Positions 28,797 through 39,769 of a DNA stretch of 64,000 nt are shown in pieces. The stretch's first letter is position 1. Every line of letters starts with the position of its first letter. The stretch is from Eledone cirrhosa. Its lineage: Eukaryota. The notes beneath the pieces were generated by a model, which did no database searches, was not told the origin of the DNA, and was given only the letters and a program-made list of their open reading frames with translations. The translations under genes were made by a program, and so were the position numbers. The stretch spans positions 352,470,001-352,534,000 of the forward strand of contig OZ024740.1 in assembly GCA_964016885.1 (NCBI GenBank), in the 5' to 3' direction.

Positions 28797-29088
28797 GGAT
28801 TGGTAGTATCGGTAGAGCGTCGGACATCCTGCTTTGCGGCAGATAGTTACGGCCCTTTGCGTTCTGAGTTCAAATCCCATCAAGGTTAGCTTTGCCTACA
28901 TTCTGAGTTCAAATCCCGTCGAGGTTAGCTTTGCCTACGTTTTGAGTTCAAATCCTGTCGAGGTTAGCTTTGCCTTTCATCCTTACAGGGTCGTTAAAAT
29001 AAAGCACCAGTAAGTACTGGGGTCGATTTAATCGACTTTCCCCTCCTCTCCAAATTGTTGGCCCTGTGCCTAAAGTAGAAACAATTAT
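28797..29088 (+). mobile_element. MetaSINE-like SINE with internally triplicated B-box segment
   Basis: A 39-bp unit gttctgagttcaaatccc...gttagctttgcct occurs three times at about 28860-28977. Confidence 0.8.
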
Positions 29089-31739
29089 TTCAGTTTCCAA
29101 TTGAAGCTATTTTACTTCATTTGTGTCACTCATGCTTTTGGGAAAGTCATGAACATTGCATCCTCCTGTTTTCCTTTCCTCTAAACTCATGTGCTTCATT
29201 CTTACAAATTTGGTTGCATTCAATAGCTTGAACTGGTATGGGTTCGTTATAAGCAGATGAATCTTCAGTGAGATCCCAACCACAACCTGCTTTTACAATA
29301 CTTATATTTCATTAGCCAGTTTTCCATCATCATTATTGCCATTTTTTGAAATGCCTTTAAAATGTCTCTTGATTCAGCAATATATTATATGTGAACAATA
29401 ACAATTGCTGTGTGCATAGTAGATCCAGAAGCAATTTAAGTAAGACTGAGAAAGTTTGGACAAAAGCCAATATACACACACACGATATTGCTGTGCCCTT
29501 CCCTTTTTGAAATGAGTGTAAGTGACGTGACTGATAATTCACTGCTATTTCTAGTAGTTTAAGTGACCACATAGCGGCTCTACTAGTTATTAGATGGTAG
29601 CAGATTGTAACCAACATTGGAAGAAGTTCAAATGTGATAGTTACAATTCATCATCATCATTTTTCACCCATTTTTCATGCTGGCACGAGTTCGACAGGTC
29701 ATCATGGTTCTAGGCTTGACTAATTGTGAAAGCACTTCTTGTTCATACATTTCATATTTGGCTTGGTTTCTATGGTCAGATATGAGCGTATTAGCAAGAT
29801 ATGGTCCTCTAATGGTGACAACTCTTCTAATAAAACTTGAAAATGTCTATATAGTTTTGAAACCCCTGTACCATCATTGAATAATGAATGTAAACATTTT
29901 ACAAAACAGCTCACTTAGTGTATGAAAATGGATGTAAAATCCAATTTTTAAATTGTGCCTATGAATATATATACATATATCCATCCAAATATTCAAGATC
30001 CGTGGGTCCCCTTTGTGTTCCTGTCTCTATTTTGTACTCTTGAAGAAGGATTTAAGCCCGACACATCGAACTTTCTTTCCTTTTTTCCATATAAAGCATG
30101 AAACTAGTAAGACTTTTTGTGCCTCTGTTGTCTCCTTGAACTATATATGTATATAGTTGAAGGTACAAACAAAAGAAAAAAAACAATGTACAAGTAAAGA
30201 TTTGCAGCTGTTTTAGGTGACTGAGTGTTACACAACTGCTTGTGATAAACAAAGACACTTAACCCTCAATAATGCAGTGTACTTAGTTGTAAATAGTGTA
30301 ATCAGTGAAGTTAATGTCAGATATTTCCTATTGCAATTGTTCTCTAACTGGATAGAGATTTATATCTCAGCCCCCATAACATTACAAAACCAGGAGTTTA
30401 GACCATTCAAACGTTATTCCTCCTCTCGAAGTAACAAACAAATTTTTTCTGCCTTATCATTTGCTGACACTTTACAATGGACAAGTTTGACCCACATTAG
30501 AGTATTGTTCACCAGTCCCCACAACATGCACAAAGATCATAGATTCATAAAATAAAAAATGCCTTATGACTAACAAAAATGTTCTCACTGACATATTATA
30601 GTGACTAGTCCTCATACTCTCAGGTCTCGAATAATCGTCATCCTCTGCGTTTATTGATTTTTCAGAGTGTGTGTGTGTCCTAAATTTTGCCAATTTATCT
30701 CCAGCGAAATTTTATTTTAACAGGTAGCATTGCTGTGGCAATTAATTTTCTTTATACATTAAAAAATATTATACATGACAAAAAAAGTACATTACTAGAC
30801 ATCCCATACGTTATAAAATAAATAGGATGGGTTGGGGTCTCAATATGTAAACTATAAATGACTAATTCTGTTGTTTTTTTATAAAATCAATGGAGACAAC
30901 CTAGAAAAATTTACCAATTTTCCAAACTTCCCTATTATTTGGGACCCAAGAGTACATAGTTTCCTCCCCCTCTATTTCATTTACTAATACCACTATTCTA
31001 ATAACCTCTACTCCTATGAAACTAGTACACTGTGTACTACATCAACTCAAGCCCATTGATGTACCTGACTCTTCTCTCATCACACCGATTGTGTCTCATC
31101 CAGCAATCCTAATACTAAACACAGTTGCAGCATTTTAGAACATTCTTTCAGTATAGACACCAAGCTGAACAACCTCCTTGTCAACTGCACCTGCCTTGGA
31201 TAGTCTGTAAATATCACATACTGTTCTAACCCTCCTTCTTTTGAATATATACATGTATGTAGGGAGGAAAGGGCTGTGCCTATTATTCATTTCAGGACCT
31301 GAGGCAGATGGGAAGGTGGGAGGAAAAAAATCCTCAAATGGGAGACCTGATCTAAATGCTTACAACAGACTGAATTTCACTAAAGGCATCCAAAGGCCAG
31401 ATGGTGGTGTTAAACGAAGTGATGGATTAAGTCTACTATTCAAATAGGCCACAGCAGGTTTTGAAATCAAAGAGTGCAAATAGCTGAACTAAACACTCAT
31501 CTAGTCTGAGGCTGTGACAAGTCTGCCAATTCACCACCCTGGATTGGTACTTTATTTTATCGACCTTGAAAAGATGAAAAGTAAAGTTTACCTCTGCTAC
31601 AATGCATTTTGTCCTATGCTCTAATGACTTCAGTCAATTCGCTGCTTATATAAAGAAAGCAAAAGCTTGAAGTATTAATACTGTATATATGTGTGTTTGA
31701 CTCATTTGTGTCTGAATAAATTTCCTCTTATACTTTCAG

Positions 31740-31941
31740 TTACATTGCTGATTGTCAAATACCAACAGCTTGCATGACATTTATGGAAGAACATGGAGAG
31801 GCTATCATCAGAAAGAACTTAACCCGCAATTTCATGCTCCACATGGTGAATCTTTTTGACTTTAGCCTAATTGGACCAGAGGTGGTGCAACGCACAATGA
31901 GTGTGTTGGAAAACTTAAAAGAAGAATTGGGTATGTATTGA
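31740..31941 (+). CDS. SUZ12: SUZ12 last VEFS exon (YIADCQ...RKNLTRNFMLHMVNLFDF...EELGMY*)
   Basis: cag| acceptor at phase 2, the KNL.RNFMLH motif and TGA at 31939-31941. The 3' end may instead be spliced at 31930. Confidence 0.93.
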
Positions 31942-34028
31942 ACAGTGACCACTGGATACCAAACATAAATGAAAACAAATGAATAAAAAAAAAGGGGGCT
32001 TAAATCAGTTTAAAGCCTTTGCTGACCACTGCCACTCTCATCATAAAGCACTTCCTGACTTTTATAGTTGAAGACTCATTATTAACCATCTAACACATCA
32101 TTACCATCCCTTATACTGCCAGGCATTATTTACAACAACCATTTCACAAATACCACTGCTGCTTGCAATCGGAAAACTGTATGCAACAGTGCTCATTCCA
32201 AAAGAATAAGTATAATAATACTAATGTGAAAAGGACTCATTCCATTTACACCAAGCATCTCTTAAATTTGATATTTAGCCTTCTCGTCTTTCTGTCTGAA
32301 GTGAGTGTGTGTATGAAAGAGAAATAGAGAGAGAGAGAGAGACAGACAGACAAAGAAAGATGACTTGACAGGTGAGTGTTTCAACATGAAACAGAAATTA
32401 TAACTGTATGTAACTGAGTTTGCTTTATGATTTTCATGAATTTGCACACGCACGCACACACTCACATTCTCTCTCTCTCTCTCTTTTCTCTTCTCTCACA
32501 CAATGAAATATATGTGCTTGGTAATTTAATATATTTTCAGGAAAGCATCAGAAACTGTGTCAATAAATGCATGAAGTTGATTACTTGTATAAAGCATTTT
32601 TTTTAGCAGTGACATAGCCTTTTCTCCCATCCTTCCCCTCTGGTTTATAAATACTTTTTGTTATCTCTTTATCTCGCTTGCACTCTTGCCTTCTCTCATG
32701 CACTCTTTTGTTCTCCCTGTCATAAACACACACACACATCACCCTTACTAATTTTTTGTTTTGTTCTCAATTTCATTTTCACACTTCCTTGCCTTCTCTT
32801 TCTCTCTGGTGTTTCATCCCATCCTACATTCGCTCCTTTACTTTTGTTTTCCCCTTCTCTTCTTGCCCCAATCCTCAACTACACTAAAATGAATGAAAGA
32901 TTTGTATAACTTTTATTCATTGCTGGTATTTTGTAAACAAAAATGCCTTTTCTTTTAAAAACTTTTGTTGCTGGTTTCTATTGTTCTCCTAAATTCTATC
33001 ATCATCTTTATGCCTCTGCTACTCAGACATACATTCAGCTCTGGAGATGCTGACCAGATATAAATTGTAGTCATCATCTTGGAAATGGAATAATGGTAGT
33101 TTCAATATTTAAAAAAAAAAGAAAAAAAAAGAATGGTAATTTCCTCTCCTTTTAGAAGTCTACTTCATTCAATTTCTCATCTTTTTCTGACAGTTCATAC
33201 GGCAAGTTTCCTTCATAGGGCATTTATTTGTCTTACTTTCTGATAAGCTTGGTGCAAAATCTTCTCTTCAGTTCTCTGAAATATGCTCTGTGCAATCTTT
33301 GTTAGCACATCACTCACTGCCAAAACTATATGGAGACTGTCACCGAGCAAGAACAGGATTATAATATCAGACATGACTTTGCCTATACTCTATCATACTG
33401 TAATCGCTCGATATTCTTCTCTCTCTCACTCTTTAAACCATGCACCAGTGTATTCAGGGAACCAAGATACTTTTACCGACAATCCTTTTGGTTCTAACTG
33501 CCACACCTTTTCAATAAAAAAAAAAAAGGAAAAATCATTCATAGTTTATTGTTGCCTTCTGAATCATGGGTTGTCTGTAATATACTATCTTGGTAAAGGA
33601 AAACTGGAGAGTCTTTTACTGCCAGATACCTTTTAATGCTACCTAAAACTATGCAAAATAGGCTGTACATACAAGACCACATGTACATATCCAAAAGATA
33701 AAATACATATACACTTTTTTTTTTTAATGATTCATTTATAAAGTTCTTATTTGAAAATGAGGTGCCGTTTTACATAATAGATTTATATACAGAGTATAGT
33801 CTTAATTAAATGGTTTGGTGGCAGTGTTTTTTGACAAAAAGATTAAATTTGAAATCTTAAAATGATTTATGAAAAGGAAAAAATGCTGGTGGGTGTAAAT
33901 TAATAGAAAACATTCATTTAAGTATGTTTGTGTTTTGTTATTTCCTTGCTCTTACTCTCTGCTGCTGCTAGCTTTTCTTGTTTTTTTTTCCCCCCCAATG
34001 AACTCACAATAATTAAGATACTTTTTTA

Positions 34029-34034
34029 AATAAA
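34029..34034 (+). promoter_or_regulatory. Candidate SUZ12 polyadenylation signal
   Basis: AATAAA followed about 20 nt later by a GT/T-rich tract (tttgttctgttgtttttattt), after ~2 kb of transposon-poor, UTR-like sequence. Confidence 0.4.
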
Positions 34035-34539
34035 TACCTTCTAAATAGACTTTGTTCTGTTGTTTTTATTTCCAATGTTTTTAAAATGATATTTAAGTGT
34101 ATATCTCACTCCATAATAATTTTCATTATCATCCTCACTATTCGATACTATGAACCATTTTTGATGAACTTTATCTTAGAAGTTGATTTTCTGCACATGT
34201 ATAATAATTCAGCCTAATTTAATGTCTGCTTTTCTATCACTATCCCACTTAATTGGTTCTTGTGGTCAAGCTCACAAAAATAATGCAGATAAAAAGAAAT
34301 ATCTAAAAAATTATTTTGAGAATTTCAATTGAGTTCTTTACTTCCAGTATGTTGAGTTTGGAGCTTTAATTTGAAATAAAGTAAATGTTTTTCAAAATTA
34401 TATTGGGGAAAAAAGAATTGAATAAGAAAAACCTTTTTAGTTAAATGGAAATTCAATAGAAAACAATTGAGATTTAGATTTGATTAAATAAAAACAATAT
34501 TTTAAAACAATTTAAAACAAATAGAATTTTAGACCATGT

Positions 34540-34742
34540 CAACAGTCCTTTGAACTCAGAATGTAACAACCTGTAATGCTATGCCACAGAGCATGTTGTA
34601 TGATGCCCAACTTACACTGCCAAGCCACACCAACTTAATAATTGTTTCTACTTTTGGCACAAGGCCAGCAATTATTTCAGTGCATTACTGGTACTTTATT
34701 TTATAGACCCCGTAAGGATGAAAGGCAAAGTTAACCTTGGCG
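34540..34742 (-). mobile_element. MetaSINE-like SINE pieces directly after the ACOT8-like stop codon
   Basis: The reverse complement reads ggttaactttgcctttcatcc...aaataaagtaccag...gccaaaagtagaaac, followed by a second tRNA-like head. Confidence 0.75.
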
Positions 34743-34751
34743 AATGATGTA

Positions 34752-34861
34752 TTACAGGGAGGCTTGCTTCATTTTTCTGAGGATACCTTTCTGTGAAACT
34801 GATGCAATTAATATCCCATCTTCTGACCAGAAGCGTCCAGTATTATAGCTTTGACCATTAC
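34752..34861 (-). CDS. ACOT8: ACOT8-like thioesterase last exon (GNGQSYNTGRFWSEDGILIASVSQKGILRKMKQASL*)
   Basis: cag| acceptor at phase 1 and a TAA stop. It matches GRLWRQDGVLAVTCAQEGVIR of ACOT8. Confidence 0.85.
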
Positions 34862-36676
34862 CTGTCAAGAGAATTTTAAACAAAAACCTGAGAAATTTTG
34901 CGGCAATAAATTTTTTAAAAATTGTATTAGATGATGAGTTAGTGTAGACTGAATAATAAATAACTGGTCTAGTTAACTTTTTTCTCCTCACCCCTTCCTG
35001 TTGTGTGTATCTTTCCCCCTCCTCTTTCGTTCTAGCGTTTCAGCAAATAGAGATTAATATAATCATCATTTGATCTCCACTTCCCTTGCTAGCAATATAT
35101 AAATTGAAATGGATTTCCTCAGTATGACTGAAACACGTGTGCACACACAAAACACAGTTGCACTTATATATTTATATATATATGGATGTAAGTGAAAGTG
35201 CAAGTTCGACTCTTGGGCCGGGTGATGCATTATGTCCTTGAACAAGACACTATTTCACATTGCTCCACCACTGGTGTCAAGCTGTATTGGCCGTCGCCTT
35301 ATCCTTGGATAACAGTATGCATAACTGAAGGGGGTTTTTACCTTCTATGTGTGTATCCATATCAATGTATACACTGATGTGTAACAAATTTAAGAACGTG
35401 TCTACATTTTTTTACTGTCTTTTCCATTATAACATTTGGTTGTCGATGTGTGAGTATTTAATATGTATTAGTCTAATGTCTGTTTTTCTATACATATGTT
35501 TTTGTTTCTTTCTCTTTTATTGCAAGACAAAGTGGCCAGATTTTTCAGTATGAACATGGAAACAAATAATCTAATTTTAATAAATGTTACCATTACCTAT
35601 CTGGTGACATAGCAAACAAAATATATATAGTTTTGTAGATGATTTTTTTTTTTTTTATAGAGACATTTATACGACTAAAGTTAGAAAGCAGCATGGTGTG
35701 TTTACCTGTTGTGAACTTTCTCTGTACAGGAAAATAGATGAAGCTGTACTAATATTTAGCATTTTTCCGAGCAGATATTGGTTAGTCAGATCTGTACTGC
35801 AGTGTATTGCCATACAGCTAATCCTTTATCATTACATCTATGAGGTTTAACAACCAGAGATCCAATCTCATCCTTTCTCAAGTCTGATAACCTTTTAATG
35901 TTCTACCAGTGCTGCTAGAAAAAACTCCTCGGAATGTGAAGCTAATGGAATACTTGCAAATCTCCTGCTTGCAGTAAATTTTATCACCATATGGTACCTA
36001 CTAGGTAGACTTAAGTATTAAATCTTGACTGTGTAATCAACACAATTGAAGAAATACAATATAGACTGCTGTTTTCTCAGATGGTTGTCCTCTAACCTAT
36101 TAAAGTAGCCATTTCAGCGCCCTTTTGAATAAAGTGATTGATTAATAAATGGAGCTTATGATACACTCACAAAGTCCAGGGTAATATAAATAATTGATAT
36201 GGAAAGTTAGATAGATGTAAAAACCAAACTCAGTCTTCAATTTGGTATTTGTGCCAACTCTTAGTCATGGCTTTTGGCTAAAGCAGCTGAAATTGAGGAT
36301 CTTTGGAGTAACATTACATGATAGGGTGTGTAGCTCAGAGGTCAGGGACATGTTCCAAGTACAGCTACTACTTCTCTACACCAAGATATCAGAGTTCCAG
36401 TACTATGGACAGGTGGTTAGCATGTCTAAGAAAGGGATTGCAAAGCCAGCCTCAAGCAAGATCGTTGGATAACCCATAATCTTAGTTGGTCTCACTCAGA
36501 GATAATTTGGAAGGTATGTTTGAGAACTTGGCCTCAACAACTCTCTTAGTAATAAATGGGCACAGAAGAAGGCTGAAAACAGTATTCAGTAGACTGGAGC
36601 ATCAATTTCTGGTATTGTTTCATAGATGAAACAATCATTTACAATATCCTGCTATAATTTTAACATAATCAAACTT

Positions 36677-37201
36677 TTAACCTTTTAGCATTTGCATTAC
36701 TCTGTTGCGAAGCGACACCTGTCGTGTGTTTGGGGACAGCTATGCATAGTTACCTGTACATAGCTCTGACGTCACCAAAATAATACACACTCCGGCGGCG
36801 ACTTGCGAAGAGACAACACGCATAATTTTGGAGCTGACTTCTCTCTCTCCTTTATATGCTCCAGTCTTGGAGTCGAGACCAACTCGCCAACTACACCACA
36901 TGTGGTCAAATATTTCTATTGTTATTATTGACTCCTGTGATATAAAACTTTGTACAAACATGCACCAGCCATTCTTATTCTAAGTAATATATACACCAAT
37001 ACCAGTCATCTAAAACTCTATTGTATTTTTGTGGTAAAGACTTTATCTTACATAATTATCTCACAATATCAAATATACGAGATTTTGATGTTATTTATTT
37101 TGGGAACAATACCTTAACACCAGTATGAGCAGCAACTTATGGCCGGTTTGAACAGAGAGAATTCTGGTCGGATATGGCCAGCTTAAATGCTAATAGGTTA
37201 A
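36677..37201. mobile_element. piggyBac-type MITE interrupted by a probable solo LTR
   Basis: ttaa|ccttttagcatt...aaatgctaatagg|ttaa termini. The body matches the 4171 family apart from the 36703-37014 insert. Confidence 0.7.
36703..37014 (-). mobile_element. Probable solo LTR (~310 bp)
   Basis: Flanked by an ACTC direct repeat. One terminus is canonical (tgttg on +, i.e. ...CAACA on -) and the other is degenerate. A TATA-like catataaagg lies on -. Confidence 0.5.
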
Positions 37202-37286
37202 GGCAATAATAAAGTGAAGTTATGAATGAACAGATGAAACTTGTTTTTCTTTTTATGTCAACAACCAATAAATAATTTGCACATAC

Positions 37287-37481
37287 CAGCATAAGAACTT
37301 TCAGTTTCATACAGTAGCCATTTATTAATATCAACATCATTGTGAAACCAGAGTGAATGATCTAATGAGACCAAAAATATACTCATTAATGGATTTGGGT
37401 TAGGCAGTAGAGAAGTTGTGAGAAGGAGGTAGTCAGAGACGTAGAGTAAAATACATCTGTTCCAGTTTTGATTACTTGTAT
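37287..37481 (-). CDS. ACOT8: ACOT8-like exon (DTSNQNWNRCILLYVSDY...FLVSLDHSLWFH...WLLYETESSYA)
   Basis: tag|...|gtatgt, phase 1 to 1. It carries the TesB/ACOT8 motifs Y.SD and SLDH..WFH. Confidence 0.92.
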
Positions 37482-37536
37482 CTAGAGTTCATAGAAAAGG
37501 GTGATATTAAATACTAGATTCAAGTTTGTTGTCATA

Positions 37537-38120
37537 TAATAATAATAATAATAATGAAATTATTGTGTACAGTGCTCAGGTACACTACAACTCATCAAAG
37601 GTGCATGTATAGTACATAGAATAATGTACAAATGTCAGGAAAATAAACTGTATGAGTCATGATATAATAATAATAATGAAATATTGTGCAGTGCCCAGGT
37701 GCACCACAACCCATCAAAAAAGTGCATGTACAGTACATAGGGCAATGCACAAACATCAGTAAAATGAACAGTGCACGAGTCATGATACACACGTGTGCAT
37801 GTGTATGGAAGGGGCACATCAGGTGTAGTTTTGGCGTATTTCGGGAAGCATGAGTGTCTTAAAGGATGCAGTGTCTCGGCAGCTAACAATTGACGCAGGC
37901 AGTTTGTTCCATGCTTCAGCAAATCTGAGCGTGAAAAAATGTCTGCGAAAGTCATGGGAGCTGTGCTGTTTTCTTATCTTGTAGGCATGTCCACGTGTGT
38001 TAGACACATGGAGATCAAAGAGGCGCTCAGGGTTGCAGTTGGCGAGATGGTTAAAAACTTTGTGGGTATTCACCAAGTCCATTGCCAGACGTCGGAGCTT
38101 CAATGAATCCATGCCCAGGA
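37537..38120 (-). mobile_element. CR1-clade LINE 3' end with duplicated terminus
   Basis: SLKLRRLAMDL, TRGH.YK and RRHFF..R..EAWNKLP C-terminal motifs. Two (att)n-tailed 3' ends lie at about 37537-37665 and 37665-37820. Confidence 0.85.
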
Positions 38121-38904
38121 TATATATACAAAGAATAAAATAATTGCTATTTTTTTTTCTTTTTCTTGTTATTTTTCAAGAACCCAGAAGAAAATATTTA
38201 ATTTCTTATCATTTTTAATATTTAATGAGAATTTTAATTCTTTTTATTTTCAGTAGAACTTCTGCAGTTAACTAAAGCCTATAAATATACTCTTGTACAA
38301 AATAGCATTCTACAAAAAATTGCAATTTCAAAGAAAAGGCCGATACCTTTTATTATATTGTACTAAGAGATTGAAGGCATATGACCAAATAGTTAGGGCG
38401 TTGGGCTCATGATCGTAAAGTCGTGGGTTCAATTAATTGACCAAGAGACATCTAGTGTCCTTCAAGATGAATACCTGTAATGGCTAGGCATCTATCCATA
38501 AACTGAAATTAGCCCAACCAATACAAACATGGAAAAACAAATGTAAAACGCTAACACAGCCAAACATTTACTTTGATGAGACTACTAAAATATAAGTATT
38601 GTAATAGGTGTTTTAATTTCACCACTTGGTGAATGCCAGAGTAAAGTTGATGAAATTCTTTAGATTAACCATTGCATATATTTATTCAACTACACAATTA
38701 ATGAGATCTTAATGCATAGGTCTGATTTCTGGAGTTTGGAAATCAATGCAGATTAAAAATCTTACTATTGTTGAAGTCTCAGCCCCTCCCCTACACTCAA
38801 ACAATACAGTAGAATCACCAGCTCCTGTTACTAAATCTAAAATAATGTGTGAAATATACCTTTATTGTTTGTGTTTACAAAATATAAAATATAGTTAAAC
38901 CTAC

Positions 38905-39047
38905 CGATATTTTCTTTAATAGTTACCCAAGTTAGTCTTTTAGGTGGTAAGGTTTTAATTCTTAACATTTCGTCAGGGTTCACTGGTCGGAATTCTATTA
39001 CAGGATCTATTGGAAGACGGTTTTTCACCTGTTCATGCATCAATTCG
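38905..39047 (-). CDS. ACOT8: ACOT8-like exon (SELMHEQVKNRLPIDPVIEFRPVNP...PPKRLTWVTIKENI)
   Basis: Matches PIEIKPVNP...PKQMFWV. The donor is gtaggt, and an AAG acceptor at 39048-39050 gives the phase-2 join required by the upstream exon. Confidence 0.8.
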
Positions 39048-39203
39048 CTTTAATGACATAGAAATTTGAAAATGCATAAACATTTAAAGCAAGATTTCTT
39101 AATAGTAGCAATATCAAAATATTTCATGCTTTGTTGTTTTTGTCATGTTTAAATCCATAACTTTGGTTTGTGCTAAAGAGAAAAAGAAAAGGGTGTACTA
39201 AAC

Positions 39204-39426
39204 CTGCTGTGAGTTTTATAAATTTCATGTACAGGAATAAGATCTTCTGGAGGAGTACATTTTGGCATTTTCCACTGGTGTTCTATACAGCTTGTTTCAT
39301 TGCTTTTAAATGCAATTTGCATTTGTATTATAGTTTTCTCATTCTGAACGGCACATACAGTTTTGTTACAGTAAGTTCTGCCCTCGTGTTGATTAGTAAC
39401 ATAAATATTTAGTGAGTCTTTCGATC
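39204..39426 (-). CDS. ACOT8: ACOT8-like exon (GSKDSLNIYVTNQHEGRTYCNKTVCAVQN...IEHQWKMPKCTPPEDL)
   Basis: tag|...|gtttag, phase 1 to 2. It matches G.SF..R.V.AVQ and HQ..MP..PPPE.L. Confidence 0.88.
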
Positions 39427-39769
39427 CTAATAGAAAATAGCAATTGAAACAGAACAAGTTTTAAGAAATATATTTTGTCATTTTTACAAAATTGCTGTGT
39501 TCACTCTGTAAAGTAGTAGTGGTAGAGTTATGATAAAATATACTCAGCCCCCTCTGTAAGGTGGTAGTGAATGTGCCATGATAAAATACACAAGTTTGTT
39601 TTGAGGAATACCAGCAATGCCCATCTTATGACAACAAGCTGTTGGTTAAAGTATTAAGCTCAATAAATAACACAATACAATCTATTTTCATTTCAGCAAA
39701 AAAGAATTTATTCAAGAAATGGTTAACTAAAATGAAATTAAAAGAAAAAAAACAATTATATAATGTTAG

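Noticed and set aside
28860-28977. CRISPR-like short repeats
   Set aside because: These are contiguous tandem units without spacers, inside a eukaryotic SINE.
30035-30072. ttgaagaaggatttaagcccgaca, resembling a PLE hammerhead
   Set aside because: Both core motifs are mutated and the stems do not pair, so it is too degenerate to call.
39028-39031. CAG acceptor for the ACOT8-like exon ending at 38905
   Set aside because: It gives phase 0, which is incompatible with the phase-2 upstream donor; the AAG acceptor at 39048-39050 keeps the frame.
39642-39769. N-terminus of the 706-aa ORF
   Set aside because: This is AT-rich intron sequence that happens to be in frame. RTE homology starts near 39770, so it is not a domesticated fusion gene on this evidence.
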